Source: the human T2T-CHM13v2.0 reference genome, Homo sapiens
Assembly: GCF_009914755.1 (NCBI RefSeq)
Contig: NC_060931.1
Length of the DNA: 64,000 nt
Reading direction: 5' to 3' (one strand)
Shown here: positions 63,647 to 64,000 of the stretch, piece by piece
How the letters are laid out: each line of letters starts with the position of its first letter
Position numbering within the stretch: position 1 is the stretch's first letter
Position numbers and translations under genes: made by a program
The notes under the pieces: model-generated
What the model was told of the DNA's origin: nothing
The model's database searches: none
Seen by the model: only the letters and a program-made list of their open reading frames with translations

Positions 63647-64000
63647 GTAGTGTTGCACTTCACATGTCTTGGTTTCAGTGTTGACATAAGAGGACATATT
63701 AGAGACTTAGCACACACCCTTCATTTTTGGTTTCTTAAGGGCGGACACATTAAATGTCAGCTTAGAAATATTGTTCTAGCAAAATTCCTGGAGTAGTTGC
63801 AGAAGGGTTGTTTTTAAAAATACTTACAATCTTAATTATTGAAAATGTGATGATTCCTAATTACATTGTTTTTAAGGTTTAAACTGCAACCACGTGTGGA
63901 TGATTTTCTAAAGTATACATGTTCATTCAAAATTTTGTGTAGAAAGATGGCAGTAGGAATGTCTGAAATATCAGAGTAAGGAGGTTGGAGATATAAGAAT

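Overview
Primate, very likely human, genomic DNA carrying the promoter and first seven coding exons of LRGUK (leucine-rich repeats and guanylate kinase domain containing) on the + strand. Gene identity and locus (recalled as 7q33) come from recognising the translated protein, not from a search. Exons 1-7 (27479-63646) splice into an open 313-codon frame: a basic N-terminus, an acidic patch, then about eight SDS22-type 21-22 aa LRRs. The gene runs off the window before the guanylate-kinase domain. The upstream 27 kb is mostly transposon-derived: a complete two-LTR MER41A provirus with TSD, PBS and PPT, decayed L1s, nested ERV1/ERVL/MaLR LTRs and Alus. The strongest non-obvious signals are: (1) intron 5 (48429-58142) has the hallmarks of a 9.7-kb U12-type minor-spliceosome intron, and failure to splice it gives an immediate stop; (2) a compact RFX X-box plus forkhead motif sits directly before the ATG; (3) a promoter-like motif cluster lies in intron 3; (4) a very young AluYc1-like insertion lies about 1.3 kb upstream of the ATG. 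I found no evidence for a wholly new biological system. Most ORF-track entries are repeat-derived or intron read-through. Repeat subfamily names are from recalled consensus sequences and need RepeatMasker/Dfam confirmation.
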